From the human T2T-CHM13v2.0 reference genome, Homo sapiens: DNA of 64,000 nt. The position numbers and the translations under genes are program-made. This document shows positions 57,132-64,000 of the stretch, piece after piece. Where the stretch lies: assembly GCF_009914755.1 (NCBI RefSeq), contig NC_060938.1. One strand, given 5' to 3'. Numbering within the stretch: the first letter of the stretch is position 1; every line of letters starts with the position of its first letter. The notes under the pieces were generated by a model, which had not been told where the DNA came from, ran no database searches, and saw only the letters and a program-made list of their open reading frames with translations.

Positions 57132-59055
57132 GTTCTGATTTTGACCAGGTATTTTGAGAATGTTGTAAATTGTTAAGTATATCTGAATATTTTCCGACCT
57201 CTCACATCCAGAAATGCTAAACTACACATTGTATTAGAATCAGTTTTAGGAAAGAAAGCCAAACCCCGCCTTCTGAGATAGAGGCAGGGTTACTGTGGCT
57301 ACTAGGCTCCGGCCGCCCCTACACCTGCTTCCTATTGGCAGTGTGTCGTCTTAGTGCATTCTGAAGAATAAGCAATTGTACAGAGAGTAAATGAAAGAGT
57401 GAAAAGTTCTCAACAAGTAGTACATGGTAAGCTGGAAAGCCTCTCTGATACCGCTGGCAATAGAGGAGAAAAGCTGTAAAGTAGATGGCATTCTTTACCT
57501 GTGGCACCATTTCAGAAGGTGATGCGCTAGAGAAGGCCAGAGTGACCTGTGCTTGCTCTCCAAAAGGTGGTCGATACTCCGGAGGCTTCCAAGCCTCTGT
57601 CAGCAGCTCCTCCAGCCTGCTACACTCACTGTTGGTCGGTGCACGTGGCTCACACTGGGGCTGACAGCACTGTGTGCCCGTAACAGATGTGCCACAGATT
57701 ACATTTCTGTTCCTACTCAATCATGATAGTGTTTGTGCTTTGGGAGAACAGAGGCGTCATTTTCCACTTTGGGGCCAAATCCCAAAACCCCCAATTCAAT
57801 ATGAACCTTACTTAAATGCCTGTGGTTGCTCATGAAGCATTTATGGAGCACCTCCTCGCCAAGTGCAGTTCCCCTGGTCCGAGCCTGGGGCTGTGCCTTC
57901 ACTGAGGAGATGGGTGGTTTATCTGGGGAGCCTGGGGCAGCCACAGGGGTGCTGCTACCTCCAGGGCACTGAGTAGCTGCTGTGGAGGCCTCAGAGCTCT
58001 GCTCCCTCCCCCATTACAGATAGCCAGGAGTAGGCCTGGGACTTGAGTGGGACCTGGGTGCCAGATACACTGCCAGGAGGCCATGGCTGAAGAGAGCAGG
58101 GCCTGGGAGGCGCAGTAAAGCTGGGCCGTGAGGAAGGGAGGGAAGTACGCTTCCTGGGAGGCCCTAGGCCATGGGAAGAGGCATTCAGGTCAGCAGTGAT
58201 GTTTAGGGAGCAGTTTGGTGGCAGTGTGTGGGACTTGGTCAGGAGCAAGTGTACAGAGAGGGAATGGGGTGCCCAGGAGAGACCCCCACTTGCTGTTCCA
58301 GCTCAGTCACACAGCACAAGGGCAGGCACACTGGTGACTTGAAGATTCAGGCTACAGGGTCGAGTGTTGGAAAAGTTGATTTCTGCAAGGTGGAGGAGCA
58401 GGCCTGTGGGCCCAGGTGGCTGTGGAGTGACACACAGGAGGCATTGAAGGGTGTCAGCACTTTTCTGCACCTCTTTTTTAGTCAGCTCCTAGAACCACAG
58501 GGCATCTGGCCCTGACCTGGAGCCAAAGCCAGTTATCTAAGGCCAGGCACATATGACCTTCCTACCCGGTAGGCTGGCGGGGTGCTGATGTGGCACACCA
58601 GTGGCACACCTGTTACCGACCTGATGAAATCCTGCTCATGCTCGCTTTGGCAAGATCAAACGGGTTGTGTGCCAATGGCCACGTCTACCCAACCAGGATG
58701 TCGTGCTGTGCCTTGCCTAACCCAAGTGCCTGGGGAACCAGAAGCATCTTCGTGGCTTTGTCCTCTCTATGTTCTCTGGAACCAGAAATGTTGCTCCTGT
58801 GGTCTGTCTCCTGGGCTGCCTTGGGAAAGGACACTCATTCTGTGTGTTTGGCTACCTGTGGTGGGGTGTTGCGATGTCATTTTCCAGTGGTCTGACGGTG
58901 ACCCGGGATCACAGGCCAAAACATGTTAAATAAGGCTTTGGCAGAAGGGGGCGTGAGGGCTCATGGGTTGGGAGGCGCTGTGGGAGGGGCCTGAGGCTGG
59001 TTCTGAGCACGAGTATCTTGGGCGTGCTCAACACCTAGTGCTGCCTGTCCCTGCT

Positions 59056-59137
59056 GCACACGCAGCACGCACACACACGCAGCACGCACAGACATGCAGC
59101 ACGCACGCAGCACGCACACGCACACACATGCACACAC
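59056..59137 (+). repeat. Degenerate (CA)n/(CACGCAG)n simple repeat
   Basis: gcacacgcagcacgcacacacacgcagcacgcac... Confidence 0.9.
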
Positions 59138-59721
59138 TCCTCTCAAGGAGGCTGCTATCTGAGAGCACACAGTGGGGTTTGATGTAGCCTCTCTTGAGTA
59201 GAATAGAACCTGAATTGCTGCTTCGATGGGTACACCGGGAATGTCAGAGACTTGTACAGAATTGTTTTAAGTGCCATCACATTCATTTGACTAACTCTGA
59301 GGTTTTCTGCAAAATGCCACTGCTGCAGACAGGAGTTCAGTGTGGCCCTGACCCCTGGGGTCAGTTTCTGAAGGCAGAAAAACAGAGGAGCCCCCACACG
59401 TTTTGCACTAGGAAGAGGGGGCTGGGGCCAGGGCACAAGGGGGCTTCGGGTGCTGCCGAGACTGCCTGTAGGTGGTGTGGTCAGGGCTGAGGGAGGGAAA
59501 ACCCCAGGTCGTCGCAGACAGGGTGGAGGGCCTTCTTGACAGATGGTGGGGAGACATCTGGTGGCATCAGGACATGGGGCATGGGCCCATGCGTTGGGCC
59601 ACAGAGGAGGCGGGCAGCTGCTCCCTGCTCCTCTGTAAAGATGGCCCTGAAGGGCCAGGAGGCACTGAAAAAGCAACCATTGCTGGCGGAGGCCGGGCAC
59701 TGATGCGTCTCTCTCCTGCAG

Positions 59722-60347
59722 ACCGGAAGCCTCCCCTCGCTGCTGCCTTAGGTGAGGCTGAGCCGCCGGGCCCTGTGGATGCCACTGACCTCCCCAAAGT
59801 CCAGATTCCCCCTCCGGCCCACCCGGCCCCTGTGCACCAGCCACCGCCGCTGCCACACCGGCCCCCGCCCCCACCCCCCTCCAGCTACATGACCGGGATG
59901 TCCACCACCAGCTCCTACATGTCTGGAGAGGGCTACCAGAGCCTGCAGTCCATGATGAAGACCGAGGGACCCTCCTACGGTGCCCTGCCCCCCGCCTACG
60001 GCCCACCTGCACACCTGCCCTACCACCCCCATGTCTACCCGCCCAACCCGCCCCCGCCACCTGTGCCTCCTCCCCCAGCCTCCTTCCCCCCACCTGCCAT
60101 CCCACCCCCTACTCCTGGCTACCCCCCACCCCCACCCACCTACAACCCCAACTTCCCACCCCCACCCCCACGCCTCCCGCCTACCCACGCAGTCCCCCCT
60201 CATCCTCCTCCAGGGTTGGGCCTGCCGCCAGCCAGCTACCCACCTCCTGCCGTCCCCCCTGGAGGACAGCCTCCTGTGCCCCCGCCCATTCCCCCACCCG
60301 GCATGCCTCCAGTTGGGGGGCTGGGGCGGGCAGCCTGGATGAGATAA
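59722..60347 (+). CDS. CCNK: CCNK exon 11 coding part ([16 protein letters not shown]...GRAAWMR*), proline-rich C-terminal domain
   Basis: ORF track 59472..60347; cctgcag| acceptor; 626 nt; total CDS 1743 nt = 580 aa plus stop. Confidence 0.97.
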
Positions 60348-61085
60348 CGTGAGCCTTTTTTCCCTCTTTGTTTTTTTAACAAGATTTTCTAATCGACTTG
60401 CAGAGTAGTTGAAGTGGGTAAGCAGCAGGGTACCTTGTATAATGCACGACAGTTGCAGTATGGGAAGAATGGACCGGGCCCCTGGGATAAAATCAGAGTG
60501 GTCCTCACACCTAGAGGACGGGGACAACCAGCTTTCAGAGTAGCCTCATCAGTGCCCTTGCAGTCTGACTGTGTACACTTGGTTCAGCTAATGTCTGAGA
60601 GTCCTGCACTGGGTTACTTTATACTAGTGAGGACGTTAACCAGCCATATTGGCTCAATAAATAGCTTCGGTAAGGAGTTAATTTCCTTCTAGAAATCAGT
60701 GCCTATTTTTCCTGGAAACTCAATTTTAAATAGTCCAATTCCATCTGAAGCCAAGCTGTTGTCATTTTCATTCGGTGACATTCTCTCCCATGACACCCAG
60801 AAGGGGCAGAAGAACCACATTTTTCATTTATAGATGTTTGCATCCTTTGTATTAAAATTATTTTGAAGGGGTTGCCTCATTGGATGGCTTTTTTTTTTTC
60901 CTCCAGGGAGAAGGGGAGAAATGTACTTGGAAATTAATGTATGTTTACATCTCTTTGCAAATTCCTGTACATAGAGATATATTTTTTAAGTGTGAATGTA
61001 ACAACATACTGTGAATTCCATCTTGGTTACAAATGAGACTCCTTCAGTCAGTTATCCAAATAAAAGCAGTTCTGAAACTATCCCT
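60348..61085 (+). other. CCNK: CCNK 3' UTR (to the likely main cleavage site)
   Basis: AU-rich sequence after the stop; AATAAA at 60656, ATTAAA at 60851, AATAAA at 61059. Confidence 0.75.
61059..61064 (+). terminator. Polyadenylation signal of CCNK
   Basis: AATAAA with several upstream TGTA elements and a downstream T/GT-rich tract (tttctttgttatgggtgg). Confidence 0.75.
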
Positions 61086-61599
61086 TTCTTTGTTATGGGT
61101 GGAAGGTGGGGCTCCAGGCCTTCGCAGTCTGTGGCTTATAAAATGTGCAGAGGCCCTCCTTCCAGACCCTGGGGACGCGGGAGAGGCCTGGCTGCAGCTC
61201 ACAGCAGCCACAGCCAACCCCACTGCCTCCCAAGGCACTCTGGGTGGATCCGCACAGCTGCCTGCCAAGCCAGCCTGCCCCCATCCTGTGCCTGCCTTGG
61301 TTTCCTTTGGAGGACCTGGTTGAGTTCCAAACCAGTTTGAAACTTTGAAGCCTTGCTGCGTAGAACGCACACAGGAACCCGGGGGCTTGGATTTGAAACC
61401 CTTTCCACTTCTGGCCTGTGATGAGACAGAGGCAGCTGGAGGAGCAGCGGCCTCACTGTCCACCTTGAGGGGCCACGGCTCTGTCTGTGGAAGGGGCCCC
61501 GACTGAGCCCCCATCTGCGGTGCTTGAGGGGCCTTGGCCCTGTCTCTGCCTGCTGACCCTGCCACCCACGACAGAAACAAGCACTGAGCACCCAGCCAG

Positions 61600-64000
61600 G
61601 AGGCTCACAAAGAGGCCTTTATTTATCTAGCTCAAAGTAGACACTATCACAATCTTGTTTGTTACTCCTTTTACTAAAATAGTTCAAATCAATGTTTTTA
61701 CCACACTATCAAAAAGTTCTATTTCTTCTTGTCTCCCCACGTCAGAGTGGTTGAATAGAAGGTAGAAACAGGCCGGGAGTCCACGGGCTCCCAGCTCTAA
61801 ACGGCGCCAGGGCAGGAAGGGGTGGCTCCAGGTCTCACTGTGGCACCTTCTACAGAAAATAGACGTAGCTGCCGGGCCCGGGGACAGAAACCAGACGTTC
61901 CAGTCCATCTCCAAAAAGCAGCACAAATACTTTGCCCCACAGTATGAAAAATATACACCTCTACCGCTCTGCAGTCATGCATTTAGTTTTAAGAAAAAAA
62001 AAAAATCAGTAGTATGTATCTTGTTTCCTCAAGTTTCAAGAAAAAAAAAATGAAAGGTCACTTTTTTCTCTTTAAACACTGATGTGTAGCTAGTAACTTG
62101 GATAAAAAGGTGCCACCCTACAAAATGTGCTCAGCATGTTCTGAGGCCAGGATGGGCTTGGCCACCTGGGCTGGGGCGAAAGGAGACCTCCATCTGTCAC
62201 AGTGGAAACTGAAGCCGAGTGCCAGTGCCGCGTCCGGCTTCAAGATCAAGAGTCAGAGCCTTTGAAATGGAAAGGGGGCATCTGAAAGGGCACCCCCACT
62301 GGGGGCTTTCAGAGCTAAGGCTCCAGAAGGAAGGGGGTCGCCCTGCTAGTGACGGAGCTGGGAGTCACCCTGAGCTACAGCACGCCCAGATTTCCCCTGT
62401 GGGAAGCCCCATCTGACCTTCTACAGCCCACGGCTCTGCAACTGCCACCTGTACTCAGGTACATGGCGTCGCTGCTGCTGGCTTTTAAAATCAGCTATTA
62501 GTTTGAGATGTGACAGTCGCCGACAGGGTTCTGTCCTAGAAAGCCATCCCAGTGCCGTGTTGGCTCAGGGGTCACCAGCTTTGTGCTGCCTCCGTAACAG
62601 CAGGAGGGTTCTCAAAGCAATGTTCCACTGATCCCTGGATGCCACTGCAGCATTAAAGACAGGGTCAGTCCCCTTGAGGGGAAAGGTGGCTTCAAGGCTG
62701 TTCTCTGGGCCTGTTTGCAGGAGATCCGCAGGTACCAGGAGCCCGTACTTATTGCTTATTTCAGTGGTGGCCACGCCAACCTGACCCAAACATGATGCAC
62801 ACGGGCTCCCAGACTTGGCTGCCACTCAAAATGGACCCACAGCCCTTGGGCTACTCTGCGGTTCTTTGGACTGCAAGACCCAGAGGGGCCTCTGCTCAGC
62901 TGCCCACTCGGGCAAGAATCACTGGGTACCATGAGCAGCAGGTGTTCACCCAACTTCACGTGTACACCCCTAGTGACCGGGAGCGCACCACCTGACCGGG
63001 CGACACTCCTTCCCAAAGAGCCTCCTGGCAACACCCACGGCAGGAGCGCCACACCATCCCATCACCAGCACCCACTTACCCCCCTGGGGCTAAGATGGGG
63101 GGCGTGAGCCTTTCCCCTGAGAGCAAACGGGCAGCAAGAACTGCTCAGAATAGAGCCGCCAGCTAGGGAGAGGGACAGGGCGGCCATCTCCCTCCTCTTG
63201 CCTGCATCCCCAGCCCTGGGCCTGCATGAGACCTGCTGGGTAGGAAGACAGCCTCTCTGGGCTCTTCAGGTGGGGCTGAGCAGCCCCTGGAAGAGCACAG
63301 GAGTCTGACGAGGACCTGGTGAGGTCCTGGACCCAAGAGCTAGGGCTGCTTACAGTGGCATGAGCGGATGTGGGGAAGCGGCCTGTCCCCGTGCTGCAGC
63401 TGTGGGATCTCCCCTGTCATGTGCCACACATCACCCCCTCTAGGCCTTACTTTCCTCACACACACAGTTTTCTATTGCACTTTACAGTTTATACATGGTC
63501 ATTTACACTGAAGATCTCACTTGATGCCAGAATCCTGTGAGGAGGGCCTTATGCTGCCCATTTTACTACTGAGGACACGGGCTCAGAGTGGGGAGGCAAC
63601 TCTCCACCCGCAGCGACTGCAAGGCAGCAGAACTCAGCTCCACCCGGCCCGCCCTCAGCCGTCGGCTGTTGGCTCACGCCCCCTCAGTGAGGACCCCTGC
63701 CCTGTGGCGCTGGATGACCTGGAGCCATAAGCATGGCCGAAAAGGAACCTCAGAGACCTGTTTCCACCAAGAGCCCAGACAGGCTGAGTGAACTGCTAAA
63801 GGTCACACCACAAACTAAAGGCAGAACCTGGCCAGACACGCTCCTTCCCAAAAAGAACAGAACTCTCATCTGCAGCCTACACAGCTCTGTCCACAGGGAC
63901 CCAAGATGCAGCCAGGCCCTGGGGGAGGTCACAGCCAACCAGAGCCCCAGCTGTGGCCCAGTGCTGCCCATCAGGAAAATCACATGTGGCTCAGCCCAGA
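61600..64000 (-). other. CCDC85C: Probable 3' UTR of CCDC85C (convergent neighbour; its coding exons are outside the window)
   Basis: Identity from known gene order at this locus, not from coding sequence; minus-strand PAS at 61618 is consistent. Confidence 0.55.
61618..61623 (-). terminator. Minus-strand polyadenylation signal of the convergent gene
   Basis: TTTATT on + (AATAAA on -) followed on the minus strand by GT-rich gtgcttgtttctgtcgtgggtgg. Confidence 0.6.

Noticed and set aside
59155-60527. Antisense ORFs of 316 and 259 aa and a 120-aa alternative-frame ORF over CCNK exon 11
   Set aside because: Shadow ORFs of C-rich polyproline codons; the 59980 ORF starts at GTG; no independent coding signal
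61994-62050. A-runs as a possible distal CCNK 3' end
   Set aside because: No clear upstream AATAAA; genomic A-tracts cause oligo-dT internal priming

Overview
Human (great-ape-type) genomic DNA, recognisable from the proteins as the chr14q32 SETD3/CCNK locus. The minus strand carries the 5' part of SETD3 (actin-histidine N-methyltransferase): non-coding exon 1 and coding exons 2-6 (codons 1-225); the rest lies left of the window. The plus strand carries the complete CCNK gene (cyclin K; 11 exons, 1743-nt CDS, 580 aa). The two genes are head-to-head across a CpG-island bidirectional promoter (~29.4-31.6 kb). The right end probably belongs to the 3' UTR of the convergent gene CCDC85C. Introns are dense in Alu, MIR, L1, MaLR LTR and MER elements. 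I found no CRISPR array, tRNA, rRNA or foreign insert, and cannot support a wholly new multi-gene system. The most interesting signals are in RNA processing. SETD3: a start-codon-containing exon 2-6 circle that could encode a 234-aa protein, plus candidate poison and uORF exons. CCNK: a U12-type intron, a strong-Kozak uORF, intronic poly(A) signals that would remove the proline-rich tail (a possible CDK12/13 feedback loop), and an in-frame alternative acceptor (+27 aa). Smaller oddities include telomeric hexamers inside an Alu and a 171-bp dispersed duplication. Exon coordinates were read by hand and are phase-consistent; repeat boundaries and subfamilies are approximate.
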